DNA of 64,000 bases from an uncultured delta proteobacterium (GTDB lineage: Bacteria > Desulfobacterota > Binatia > DP-6), in the NCBI GenBank assembly GCA_963815115.1, contig CAWFFN010000009.1, positions 864,001 through 928,000 of the forward strand, given 5' to 3'. The notes beneath the pieces were generated by a model. That model was not told the origin of the DNA and did not search any database. It worked only from the letters and a program-made list of their open reading frames with translations. This document shows, one piece after another, positions 32,374 through 43,603 of this stretch (position 1 is its first letter; each line of letters begins with the position of its first letter). Made by a program: the position numbers and the translations under genes.

Positions 32374-33924
32374 CTACTGGACCGTGATCCCGCGGTCGAG
32401 CTCCCCGCCCGGGATCACCGCCTGCGCGTGCGGCAGGTTCAGGATCTCGTCGGCGTACGAGTCGTCGGCCTTGCCGAGGAAGAAGCGCGGCAGCTCCTTC
32501 GGGAGCATCGGATCGATGAGGCCGGGATAGCGCCGGAAGAGCGGGAACCGTCCCACCGCCTTCACCAGGAAGCGCGGCATGGCGGTGCGGGTGAGGAGGT
32601 AGAGGCGATGGTAGTAGGAGTACTGCCGGTCGCTCATCGAGACGACGTGCCCCTCGTCGCTCACCTTCTTGGTGTAGCCGTAGCCCGGGAACATCGTCAT
32701 GTGCCCGAAACCCACGCAGCGCATGCCGATCGGCAGCTCGCAGAGGAAGTCGAAGGTCTCGCGAGCATGGCGCTCGCTCTCGAGGTGGACCCGGGTGATC
32801 AGGTCGAAGTAGCACTCGACCCCGGCGTCGAGCATGATCTGCGCCGCCTCGACGGCCTTCTCGCGCGCGACCGGCCGGTTGAAGCCCTCGAGGACCTCCT
32901 CGCTACCCGACTGGATGCCCATGGTCATGGACATGCAGCCGGCGTCGCGCAGCATCTCGATCTCTTCCCTCTTGGTGGTGGTGGGGTAGGTGTAGCACCA
33001 GAAGGGAAGGCCGACCTCTTCCTTGTAGCGGCGTGCGAACTCCTTCAGCCAGCGCGGATGAGTGGTGAAGACGTCGTCGTAGAACATCACGGAGTTGATG
33101 GAGAGCCGCTTGCGCGCCTCGACCAGCTCCTGGATCACGACGTCGACCGAGCGCCGGCGGAGATGGTTCTTCTTCCCGAACATGTCCTGGTAGACGCTCT
33201 CGATGCAGAACGAGCAGGAGAACGGACACCCGCGCGTGGTCATGATGATGTACTGGTGACCGAGGTTGGGCGGGTAGACGTTGCGGCGCATCTGATCGTC
33301 GTTGATGTGCACGGTGCGCGCCATCTCGAAATCGGGAATGGCGAGGTCCTCGAGCTCGACGAGGGGTCGGCCCGGATTGCGGATGACGTCGCCCGCGGGC
33401 GTCCTGGCCCAGACGCCGGGCACGTCGGTCAACGGGGCGCCGGCGTCGATGCGCTGGGCCAGGTCGACGATGACCGGCTCGCCCTCGCCCACGCACACCA
33501 GGTCGGCGTTCGCGATGCAGTCCTCGGGCTCGAGCGTCGGGCCCGAGCCGCCCCAGATCACCGGCACGCCGAGCGCCGCCTTCAGGCGTGCGGTGACCTC
33601 GACGGCCGGCTTGATGGTGAGCGACGACAGGCTGAGGCCGATGAGATCCGGCCGGAACTCACGCAGCGTGTCGACGAGCAATCCGTACTCGACCTCGGAG
33701 AAGGGCCTGTAGCAGTTCCAGACCATTTCCCGGCCGCGCGCGCCGACCAGCACGCCAGGGTAGTCGGAGACGATGTAGCGTTCGGCATCCTCCACCGGGA
33801 CGGCGAGGAAGTCCTTGAAGTAGACGATGAGGGTCTCGTGACCGGCGCGCCGGAGCTCACCCGAGAGCTGGGAGACCGCCAGGTTCAGCCCGGTGAACAG
33901 CTTGACCAGTGCAACTCGTGCCAT
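32374..33924 (-). CDS. Cobalamin-binding radical SAM protein
   Basis: N-terminal B12-binding-like domain (PDLIGLS, IWGG..PT, GEGE); TRGCPFSCSFC (CxxxCxxC), DDVF and GIQSG. GAAGGAG RBS. Confidence 0.9.
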   Translation of the reverse strand: MARVALVKLFTGLNLAVSQLSGELRRAGHETLIVYFKDFLAVPVEDAERYIVSDYPGVLVGARGREMVWNCYRPFSEVEYGLLVDTLREFRPDLIGLSLSSLTIKPAVEVTARLKAALGVPVIWGGSGPTLEPEDCIANADLVCVGEGEPVIVDLAQRIDAGAPLTDVPGVWARTPAGDVIRNPGRPLVELEDLAIPDFEMARTVHINDDQMRRNVYPPNLGHQYIIMTTRGCPFSCSFCIESVYQDMFGKKNHLRRRSVDVVIQELVEARKRLSINSVMFYDDVFTTHPRWLKEFARRYKEEVGLPFWCYTYPTTTKREEIEMLRDAGCMSMTMGIQSGSEEVLEGFNRPVAREKAVEAAQIMLDAGVECYFDLITRVHLESERHARETFDFLCELPIGMRCVGFGHMTMFPGYGYTKKVSDEGHVVSMSDRQYSYYHRLYLLTRTAMPRFLVKAVGRFPLFRRYPGLIDPMLPKELPRFFLGKADDSYADEILNLPHAQAVIPGGELDRGITVQ

Positions 33925-33965
33925 CGGCTCCTTCGGGGGACCTCCCGAGGACGTCCCGACAGGTA

Positions 33966-33991
33966 GAACTAGCCCAGAGTTCTCGAGAAAC

Positions 33992-33995
<4 letters not shown>
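33966..33995 (-). promoter_or_regulatory. Putative promoter with a palindromic operator for the radical-SAM/yfhO/cysC genes
   Basis: Minus strand reads TTGAGT-N18-TAGTTC. The near-perfect palindrome GAGTTCTCGAGAAACTC (33977-33993) overlaps the -35 and spacer. Confidence 0.45.
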
Positions 33996-35845
<1,850 letters not shown>

Positions 35846-35897
35846 GGAAGCCCGCATGGTGACGGTCGCCGGGGGTCCGGTCAAAGGCGCGCCGGGA

Positions 35898-36809
35898 TCA
35901 GCCGGCGCCCAGCAGCCAGCTTCGCAGCCAGGCGCGGTTCTCCGCGTCCTCGCGCGCGCCGAGCCCGTGACCCGCCGCCTCCTCGACGCGCACGTAGCGG
36001 AACCGTCGGGCGAAGCCGCTGCTGGCGTAGACCGGCGCCAGCACCCGCTGCGTCTCGTCCGCGCAGGCGATCGGAATGAGGGGGTCCTGGACGCGATTCA
36101 CCATCAGGAGCGCCGCATGCACCAGCCGGCGAGGGTGCGCTATGGGCTGCTGTGTGCGGAGCCATGCGGCATAGGCCGGATCGAGGTCGAGGGGTCGGCC
36201 TTCCATGCCCATGCTCGAGTAGCGCAGGAAACGGAAGTAGTCGCCGCAGGCGGCGACGGCGACCGCGACCGAGAGCCTGGGTTCCGCGGCGATCGCCTCG
36301 AGCGCGATGAACCCGTTCGTCGACGCGCCCGTGATGCCGATCCGCGCGGGGTCGACGTCCGGGAGCGTCACCAGGTAGTCGAGTACCTTGGGCACCACGA
36401 GCGTCGCGGTGGCCGCGATCGTGCGGAGGAATTGCTCTCCCACCAGCCGGGAGGACGGTGCCGCGAGCGCCCATTTGCCGGCGGCATTCTCGGCCGCCGG
36501 TGCCGGAATCGGCGGCGCTCCCGGAAGCCGGCTCCAGTCGACGCGGTAGGTCACCGCCACGGCCCCCTCGCCGAGGAGCGTGCTCGACTCGTTCAGGTTG
36601 ACCAGGACCGTCGGCTTGCGGCCCGGCGGGTCGAGTGGAATCTCGACGTGGACGACGATGGCGCCGTTCTCGATCTGGGCCTCGCGCACCTGGAACTGTC
36701 GTTCCGTGGGCGCCGCTGCCGGGCGCGCGGCCGGCTGCGGCGCCGGCGCACGTGCGCTGCAGGCGCTCATCAGGATGGCTGCCAGACAGACCACGCGACG
36801 GGCGCGCAT
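35898..36809 (-). CDS. Alpha/beta-hydrolase lipoprotein (S9/dienelactone-hydrolase-like)
   Basis: Lipobox LMSA-C; [15 protein letters not shown] nucleophile elbow, DPLIP and AGH. Confidence 0.75.
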   Translation of the reverse strand: MRARRVVCLAAILMSACSARAPAPQPAARPAAAPTERQFQVREAQIENGAIVVHVEIPLDPPGRKPTVLVNLNESSTLLGEGAVAVTYRVDWSRLPGAPPIPAPAAENAAGKWALAAPSSRLVGEQFLRTIAATATLVVPKVLDYLVTLPDVDPARIGITGASTNGFIALEAIAAEPRLSVAVAVAACGDYFRFLRYSSMGMEGRPLDLDPAYAAWLRTQQPIAHPRRLVHAALLMVNRVQDPLIPIACADETQRVLAPVYASSGFARRFRYVRVEEAAGHGLGAREDAENRAWLRSWLLGAG

Positions 36810-37581
36810 CGAATCACCCACCGTAGAGGAAGCGCCGGGGCCGACGCCAGGGCTCAGGTGGCGACTCGCGATCCTGTTCGCGCTCGTCATCGTCGCGGGA
36901 TCCGGATGCGCCTCGCGCCCGCTCCTCGAGCGGGCGATCCGGGCACGCGGCGGAACGCTGCACTCGCTGGTTCGACAGGCCGAAGCGGAGGTCCAGTCCG
37001 GCTTCCCAGGAACCTGGCAATGGCGCACCGTGTTTCTCGCTCCCGACGACTACGCCTGGTCGATCGTCACCGCCGCGGGAACCGATCACTATCTCTTCGA
37101 CGGCCGGGTGGCGCGGGCGTTCATCGGCGGCCGACAGGTGTCGGCCGACGCAGGGCAGGGCGCCCCGCTACGAGCACACGCGCGCTTCGCCTCGGTCACG
37201 GGGCTGGATACCGTGGTCACGAGCAAGACGCCCGTCACTCCGCTGCCTGCCTCCGAGCTCCCGCCCGGCGTTGCCACGGGCGTATCCGTCACGCTGCCGG
37301 ACGACGGGGCGCGCTACCGCCTCGGCTTCGACGAGCGGACGCTCCTCGTGTGGGCCACGGGACCGATCGACATTCCGCGGCTCGGGCGAGGGGAGGTGAC
37401 AGCCCGCTACGCGGACTTCCGCCGCGTGGGCGGGCTCTGGCTCCCGTTCCGCACGACCTACGAGATCGACGCCAGACCGCTGGCGGTCGAGCGCACGGTC
37501 CGGCTCTGTCCCAACGTGTCGGGCCTGGAGCCCGCCACGTTCCAGAGCCCCGAGCGCCTGCCCGCGTGCGACGGCCGGTGA
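36775..37581 (+). CDS. Hypothetical lipoprotein (beta-rich, LolA-like fold possible)
   Basis: Hydrophobic stretch ending in GSG-C; AIRARGG; [18 protein letters not shown]. The start is uncertain; the nearest ATG is at 36775. Confidence 0.6.
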   Translation: MAARQTTRRARIESPTVEEAPGPTPGLRWRLAILFALVIVAGSGCASRPLLERAIRARGGTLHSLVRQAEAEVQSGFPGTWQWRTVFLAPDDYAWSIVTAAGTDHYLFDGRVARAFIGGRQVSADAGQGAPLRAHARFASVTGLDTVVTSKTPVTPLPASELPPGVATGVSVTLPDDGARYRLGFDERTLLVWATGPIDIPRLGRGEVTARYADFRRVGGLWLPFRTTYEIDARPLAVERTVRLCPNVSGLEPATFQSPERLPACDGR

Positions 37582-37649
37582 GCCCGTCACGGCGCCCGCC
37601 TCACCGCTGCGGGACGTCTCCGCAAGGAGCCACGTCACGATCGAGACAC

Positions 37650-37775
37650 TCACCTTGCACGCGCGCGTCGCCGTGCCCGTTGGTGCTTGCGTCGCTCGGA
37701 CCTCGAGTCGCCCTGCATGGCGACCGCGACGATCACCGCGAGGACGAAGAGGAGAATCGACGTCCAGACGAGCAT
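37650..37775 (-). CDS. Putative 41-aa single-pass membrane protein with a basic tail
   Basis: My own translation: [41 protein letters not shown]. It starts 9 nt after the ICMT-like stop, and the TM part has GC3-rich codons. Confidence 0.55.
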   Translation of the reverse strand: MLVWTSILLFVLAVIVAVAMQGDSRSERRKHQRARRRARAR

Positions 37776-37784
37776 TCGACGCCA

Positions 37785-38504
37785 CTACGAAGGCCACGCC
37801 CGTCCCTGCGTCAGCAGGGACCACGATCGAGCCAGGACCGATCCGGCCGCGAGGGCGGAGAACCCGAGCGTCTTCACGCCGGCCGGGAGCAGGACGATGG
37901 GCACCTGGACCTCGGCGAGCAGCGAGCGGGGCGAGAGGCGATGATCGCACCGATCACCGCCGGTCGCGATCCGCGGGATCCATCGCGGCACGTCGTGACA
38001 GTACGTACGGTATGCCCGTCCGTGCCATGCCCTCAGCCTCGTCTCTTCGTGACGGACCACGGCGGAGTAGAAAGCCGCGCACCAGAGCACCGCCAACGGC
38101 ACGGCCCACCAGTATCCGAACGCCGTCACGGCGCCCGTGACCACGAAGGTGTTCGCGCAGTAGATCGGGTTCCGGAGGCGGCGATAGGGGCCGCAGGTCG
38201 TCAGCGACATGCGAACCGGGAGCCGGTAGCCGAGGTGGATCTGGGACCAGATGCGCCCGATCCAGCCGAGCCCGACGAGAGGGACGGCGACGAGCCATGC
38301 GGCGGCCGTCGGGGACGCCACGCGGGGAAGCAGCAACGTCGCGAGCGCCAGTGGCATCACGAACACGAGCGCGCGACCATCATAGGCCAGGCGACAGATC
38401 GCTCGCCCGAGGGAACTCGGTCCTCGCTGGGGAAGGGCGGGTCGGCTAGTCGCGATCGACGATGCGTCGTGGAGCTTGGGGGGCGGCGACGTGGGGGCGG
38501 TCAT
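37785..38504 (-). CDS. Isoprenylcysteine-carboxyl/phospholipid methyltransferase (ICMT/PEMT) family protein
   Basis: [20 protein letters not shown]...[14 protein letters not shown]; TM helices. Confidence 0.82.
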   Translation of the reverse strand: MTAPTSPPPKLHDASSIATSRPALPQRGPSSLGRAICRLAYDGRALVFVMPLALATLLLPRVASPTAAAWLVAVPLVGLGWIGRIWSQIHLGYRLPVRMSLTTCGPYRRLRNPIYCANTFVVTGAVTAFGYWWAVPLAVLWCAAFYSAVVRHEETRLRAWHGRAYRTYCHDVPRWIPRIATGGDRCDHRLSPRSLLAEVQVPIVLLPAGVKTLGFSALAAGSVLARSWSLLTQGRAWPS

Positions 38505-38844
38505 ACCGGTTCGTGGTTCGCCGGGCGCTCTTAGCGTGCGTAGGGTGACACCATCATGAAGCCCACGAGCGCCAGGCGGGCGTTCGAGACGCCACGCCAC
38601 CCTCGTCGCCTCGGCGGGAATGCTCCGACCACAACCTCCGGGAGCCGATAGTAGCGATCCATCTCGGGGCTGACAACCGTCCGGCGGAGGCAGTGGCGAA
38701 TCTCGCCACGGCAGGCGAAGACGGATCGGGAGCGTCTGTACCGCGCCGATGTTACTTGACTTTCGCGCGACGAAATTGATTCCCTAAATGTGGACGCGGG
38801 CCGGAGGCGCCCGGCGAGCGTGCCCGGAAGAAACGGAGGGGGGA

Positions 38845-40209
38845 GTGCCTCGGATGGTGTGGGCGAGGGTGCTCTGGGTGATCGCGTGCCTCGGAGCGGG
38901 AGTCGGGGCGTCCTTCGGACAGACCGCGGCGGACGAGCCGCCGGCGACGCCCGCGCAACGCTACGACGACAGCGACCGCCTCTACTTCTGGTTCGAGACC
39001 GGTCTCAATTTCACCTTGCAGCGTCACTTCGCCGGTGACGTCCGGGTCGTCCCGCAGTCGGCGGTCGAGCTGAACCTCGGGGGGGGCGTGGGCTACAACA
39101 TCGACCGGCACTGGGGTGCCGAGCTCCAGGTGAACGGCGTCGACCCGTGGCTGCGCTCCGAGTCCCGCGGGGCGGTCAAGCGCATCGCCGTCCTCACCTT
39201 CGTCCCGGCGGTGCGCTACCGCTGGTTGCTCGAGGACGGGCAGTTCGTGCCCTACCTGACCGGAGGCGTGGGGTTCTCGTCGAACGACGTCCACGGCAAC
39301 TTCGCTCCCTTCACCAGCGCGAGCACGACCCAGACCACCGTCGTGGGCTCGCTCTCGGCCGGCTTCGACTACTTCATCTCGGAGAACGTGGCCGCCGGTC
39401 TCGAGTTTCGATCGCTCATCCATCCGAGCCAGGACGCCGAGGTCACGTACGAGAATCCGCGCACGGGGCGCATCACTCGCTACGACGATTCGACCAACTT
39501 GACGGCCATCTCGCTGCTCGCCCACCTGCGGGTCTTCCCCGGGCAACCCCTCGGTCCCGACGGAAGCGATCGACACTTCTTCCTCGCCGACCACGGCCCC
39601 TACGACACCGACGAGCTGCGTGCCTACGTGTCCGGCCTGTTCGGATACGACTTCATCTGGGACAGGAACGCCGGGGCGGGGGTGCGATTGCGCGACGCCG
39701 GCGGCGACGCGAACCTCACCAAGGGCGGCGCCGTGGGCGTCAACCTCGACCGGAACTGGGGCGCCGAGGTCCAGCTCCTCTACACCATGCTGAACCTTCG
39801 CCAGACCACCGGCCCGCGCTTTGCCAAGCTCGATGTGTTCGAGGTGCTGCCCGCGCTGCGCTACCGCTATCCGCTCCTCGGCGGCCGGCTCGTCCCCTTT
39901 CTCATCGGTGGCGTCGGTACCGCATTTCTCGATACCGCCGAGAACCGACCGACCATCGAGTTCCGGGGTGGCAGGCGAGTAGCGGTGTATTCTCAGTTCG
40001 CCCCGGGCGGTCCGGCGATCGTCGGTCTGCTGGGCGCCGGCATCGAGTACTTCCTGAACCATCATCTGAGCGTCGGCCTGATCGTGCCCTTGCATCTCTA
40101 TTCCACCGTCGGCACCACGTTTCGACGGGCGGGACACGAGACGCGAACCGGCTTCGCCGACCTGTCGGGCCTCGAGCCGCTGCTCCAGCTCAAGGCGTAC
40201 CTGCCCTGA
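38845..40209 (+). CDS. Outer-membrane protein with two tandem OmpW/OmpA-like beta-barrel repeats
   Basis: Signal peptide; repeat 1 has DRHWGAELQ..VPYLTGGVG..AGFDYF and repeat 2 has DRNWGAEVQ..VPFLIGGVG..AGIEYF. GGAGG RBS. Confidence 0.8.
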   Translation: MPRMVWARVLWVIACLGAGVGASFGQTAADEPPATPAQRYDDSDRLYFWFETGLNFTLQRHFAGDVRVVPQSAVELNLGGGVGYNIDRHWGAELQVNGVDPWLRSESRGAVKRIAVLTFVPAVRYRWLLEDGQFVPYLTGGVGFSSNDVHGNFAPFTSASTTQTTVVGSLSAGFDYFISENVAAGLEFRSLIHPSQDAEVTYENPRTGRITRYDDSTNLTAISLLAHLRVFPGQPLGPDGSDRHFFLADHGPYDTDELRAYVSGLFGYDFIWDRNAGAGVRLRDAGGDANLTKGGAVGVNLDRNWGAEVQLLYTMLNLRQTTGPRFAKLDVFEVLPALRYRYPLLGGRLVPFLIGGVGTAFLDTAENRPTIEFRGGRRVAVYSQFAPGGPAIVGLLGAGIEYFLNHHLSVGLIVPLHLYSTVGTTFRRAGHETRTGFADLSGLEPLLQLKAYLP

Positions 40210-40244
40210 GAGACGGTCGCCCGCGGCGTTGGTCGCCGCGCGGA

Positions 40245-40616
40245 TCAGCCGCTCGCCGGGCCGTCGTCCAGGATCTGGACGCGCACGTTCCAGGTCTTGG
40301 CGAGCCAGTCGAGCAGCTCGGCCTCGGGCCCCGTGATCGCATCCTCCGCCGCCGTCTCGAGCACGGTGCCATAGATCAGCTCGCGTGCGTCCTGGCGGCC
40401 GATGCCCGCGAGGAACGTCCTGAGGCTCTCCTGGTCGGTGAAGCGGGAGTCGACCTCCTCGACGAGGCGGCGGTACTCGTCCTCCCCGAGCACCTCGACC
40501 ACCTTCTCGATCTGGGACACCTCGGCCTCGGAGACGGCGTGCTCGGACTCCACCACCTGCTCGAGCAGCGCCACCAGCGAGAGACGTTCCTCGTGGTTCA
40601 GGTCCCGCAGTTCCAT
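40245..40616 (-). CDS. Small acidic TerB-like helical protein
   Basis: ESEHAVSEAE and AAEDAITGPEAELLDWLAKTW resemble the two TerB aDg.vs..E motifs. An alternative start lies at 40625. Confidence 0.6.
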   Translation of the reverse strand: MELRDLNHEERLSLVALLEQVVESEHAVSEAEVSQIEKVVEVLGEDEYRRLVEEVDSRFTDQESLRTFLAGIGRQDARELIYGTVLETAAEDAITGPEAELLDWLAKTWNVRVQILDDGPASG

Positions 40617-40715
40617 GGCCGCCATCCAATGCCGCGGGAGCGGTCCCGCGGTCAACCCGGGTAGGCATCTCTGCCGGTGATGCCGGGGCGGCCGGGCGAT
40701 GCTAAGCAGGGCGGG

Positions 40716-42038
40716 GTGAGCCACCCGGCCGAGACGCTGCGCGACGACGTGCTGCCTGCCCCGCCGCTCGCGGTCCGTCGCAACCACGTGGGCAGCGTCT
40801 CCCTCCTGTGTGCCCTCGGCGGAACCGTCGCCTGCAACCTCGCGCTGGCCGGTACGATGCGGGACGAGACCTGGCTTCGCATCCTCGCCGCCGGCTTCGA
40901 GGCGGCCATGGTCGGCGGCCTGGCGGACTGGTTCGCGGTGACGGCGCTCTTCCGGCACCCGCTCGGGCTTCCGATCCCCCACACCGCCATCATCCCGGCC
41001 CGACGGGCCAAGATCATCGAGAGCATCGTCAACATGGTCGAGAACGACTGGCTCTCGCCCGGCGTCATCGGAGCGCGCCTGGCGCGGGTGGCGCCGAGCA
41101 CGTTCGTGAAGGACTGGATCGACAACGCCGATCACCTCGAGCGGCTCGGCGGCCCGTTGCGTGACGTGCTGCGCGGTGTCGCCCGCCTGCTGACCGAGGA
41201 CGAGGTCGCACGCTTCGTCGATCGCGCGCTCCAGCGCCAGCTCCGCGAGCTGCCGCTCGACGCCTCGGCGGGACGCTGGCTGGTGCGCGCGGTGGAGAGC
41301 GAGAGCGCGGGAGCGACGCTGGAATCGCTGGCGGCCTCGCTCGCCAACCTCGCATCGCGGCCGCGAACGGCCGCGGAGCTGCACTTCTGGCTCGATCGCT
41401 CCGCGCGGACGCTCCGCGAGGGCGGCAAGCGCCTGCTGCCGTTCGTCCTGCGGCGCAAGGTCGTGCAGCGCAAGATCGTCGAGGCGGCGTGCGACTACGC
41501 CGCGACCGAGCTGCGCCGCGCCGCCCGCGATCCGGCGCATCCCTTCCGGCGGTCCATCCTCGACGGCCTCCGGCGCTGGGCCGATCGCCTCGCCGCCAGC
41601 GATCCCGCGGCGCTCGCGCAGGCGGAGCGCCTGCGCGCCGCGCTGGTCGAGAGCCTCGAGGCGGGGCCGCTGGTGCGGGAGACGCTCGCCCGCCTGCGTC
41701 GCGAGCTCGAGGAGCAGCTCGACGACCCGCACAGCCCTCTCTCCGCCCTCGTCGCGCGGACGCTGCGTGCGGGTATCCGCGAGCTCCTCGACGATCCCGA
41801 GCGCCGCGCCGCCTTCGACCGCTGGGTGCGCGCGACGGCCGACGACCTGCTCCGGCGCCACCACCACCAGATCGGCCTCACGGTGCGTGAGAACCTGGAA
41901 GCCCTCGATACCGGGACGCTGGTGTCGATGATCGAGGCGAGGGTCGGCAGCGACCTCCAGTTCATCCGCCTGAACGGCGCCGTGGTGGGGGGCCTGGTGG
42001 GTGTGGGGCTGGCGACCGTGCACTGGCTGCTCGGGTGA
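40716..42038 (+). CDS. DUF445 (YjiN-like) membrane protein
   Basis: EAAMVGGLADWFAVTALFRHPLGLPIPHTAIIP and DLQFIRLNGAVVGGLVG. Confidence 0.9.
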   Translation: MSHPAETLRDDVLPAPPLAVRRNHVGSVSLLCALGGTVACNLALAGTMRDETWLRILAAGFEAAMVGGLADWFAVTALFRHPLGLPIPHTAIIPARRAKIIESIVNMVENDWLSPGVIGARLARVAPSTFVKDWIDNADHLERLGGPLRDVLRGVARLLTEDEVARFVDRALQRQLRELPLDASAGRWLVRAVESESAGATLESLAASLANLASRPRTAAELHFWLDRSARTLREGGKRLLPFVLRRKVVQRKIVEAACDYAATELRRAARDPAHPFRRSILDGLRRWADRLAASDPAALAQAERLRAALVESLEAGPLVRETLARLRRELEEQLDDPHSPLSALVARTLRAGIRELLDDPERRAAFDRWVRATADDLLRRHHHQIGLTVRENLEALDTGTLVSMIEARVGSDLQFIRLNGAVVGGLVGVGLATVHWLLG

Positions 42039-43603
42039 CGACCGCACGCGGATCGCTCCCGGCCTGGTTCATCCTGACGCTGCTGGCGGCGGTGGGTGCG
42101 AACGGGCTGGCGTCGGCCACCACGCGGGTGACCATCGAGCTGATGCGTAGCCCGAGCCCGTTCGCGCAGCACGTGCGCGAATACGACCTGGTGCTGCTGC
42201 CGTGCTTCCAGGTGGTCGCGTTCGTCGTCCCGACCGTCGTCCTCATCGGGTACCTCTGGCCGATCGTCGTGTGGTTCCGCCGCGGCGCGATCCCTCCGCC
42301 CGGTCTGCTGGTGCAGCGTCGCGTGATCAGCGCCCCGCTCGTCATGGCGGCCGGATCGTTCGGGGGGTGGATGGTGGGGCCGATCTTCTTCCCGATCGCC
42401 ACCCTGCTCAAATTCGGACGCTGGACGCCCGAGCTCGCCTCGCAGCACATCGTCTCCCCGCTGGTGAACGGGTTCCTCGCCGTCACGACCACCTACCTGC
42501 TGGTCGATCTGATCTTCCGCCGCCGGGTCGTGCCGCGCGTCTTTCCCGAGGGGCGGCTCACCGAGGTGCACGGCGCGCTCGCGCTCGGCGTCCGCGACCG
42601 ATTGCTCGTCTTCCTCGTCGCGGTGGCGTTCGTCCCGCTGTTCACCGCGCTCGGCCTGGTCCGTGCGGCGACGGCCCGGCTCGATGCTGGACTCCCCGCG
42701 GCGAGCGTCGTGGGCGGCCTGGCGCGTGCCAGCGAGCTGACGTTCGCCGTCTACGTCGCCGTCGGCCTCGTCCTCACGCTGCTGCTGGCGCGCACGTTCA
42801 CCGGACCGCTGGCCGAGGTGACGTCCGCCCTGCGCCGCATCCGTGCGGGCGCCCTCGACCGCGACGTCCGGGTGAGTGCGAGCGACGAGGTCGGCGTGGT
42901 CGAGGAGGGGGTGAACGCGCTGCTGGCCGCGCTGCGCGAGAAGGAGCGCATCCTCGGCACCTTCGGACGCATCGTCGACCCCGCGGTACGGGATCGGCTG
43001 CTCGCCGGTGAGGTCGAGGCCGGCGGCGAGGTGCGCCGGGCGACGGTGCTCTTCTGCGACCTGCGTGGCTTCACCGCGCTCGCCGAGCGCAGCTCGCCGG
43101 TCGATCTGGTCGCCACCCTCAACGAGTTCTTCAGCGTCCTCACCACCTGGGTGCGCACCTGCGGAGGGTTCGTCGACAAGTTCCTCGGCGACGGCCTCCT
43201 CGTCGTGTTCGGTCTGTTCGACGACGGCGACGACAGCGGTGCCGCATCCGCCGTGCGCTGCGCGCGCGGCATGCACACCCGCGTGGCCGAGCTCAACGGC
43301 GTGCGTGCCGGAACCGGCCGACCGCCGCTGGCCGTCTCGATCGGCATCCATTCCGGTCCGGTGGTCGCGGGCACGATCGGGGCCGCCGAGCGGCACGACT
43401 ACACCGTGGTGGGGGACACCGTGAACGTGGCGGCGCGTCTTCAGGAGGTGTGCCGCGATCACGAGCACGGGCTCCTCGTCTCGGGGACGACGCACGACCT
43501 CGCCGCGCGCGGCGGCGCGTGCGGCGACGTGCTCGCGCGCTACGCGATCCGGCTGCGCGGCCGCGATGCGGCGGTGGACGCGCTCGCGCTGGGCTGCTCG
43601 TAG
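42035..43603 (+). CDS. Membrane adenylate/guanylate cyclase (class III) with HAMP domain
   Basis: TM region, HAMP (DEVG), VLFCDLRGFT, VDKFLGDG, IGIHSG and DYTVVGDTVNVAARLQ. GTGA overlap with DUF445. Confidence 0.92.
   Translation: MTTARGSLPAWFILTLLAAVGANGLASATTRVTIELMRSPSPFAQHVREYDLVLLPCFQVVAFVVPTVVLIGYLWPIVVWFRRGAIPPPGLLVQRRVISAPLVMAAGSFGGWMVGPIFFPIATLLKFGRWTPELASQHIVSPLVNGFLAVTTTYLLVDLIFRRRVVPRVFPEGRLTEVHGALALGVRDRLLVFLVAVAFVPLFTALGLVRAATARLDAGLPAASVVGGLARASELTFAVYVAVGLVLTLLLARTFTGPLAEVTSALRRIRAGALDRDVRVSASDEVGVVEEGVNALLAALREKERILGTFGRIVDPAVRDRLLAGEVEAGGEVRRATVLFCDLRGFTALAERSSPVDLVATLNEFFSVLTTWVRTCGGFVDKFLGDGLLVVFGLFDDGDDSGAASAVRCARGMHTRVAELNGVRAGTGRPPLAVSIGIHSGPVVAGTIGAAERHDYTVVGDTVNVAARLQEVCRDHEHGLLVSGTTHDLAARGGACGDVLARYAIRLRGRDAAVDALALGCS

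Noticed and set aside
32374-33924. Specific assignment as HpnP, BchE or a RiPP methyltransferase
   Set aside because: There is no diagnostic context (no hopanoid, bch or precursor-peptide genes nearby), so only the family is supportable.
38556-38651. 31-aa ORF MKPTSARRAFETPRH... upstream of the double barrel
   Set aside because: It is short, has no clear RBS or recognisable features, and is expected by chance.
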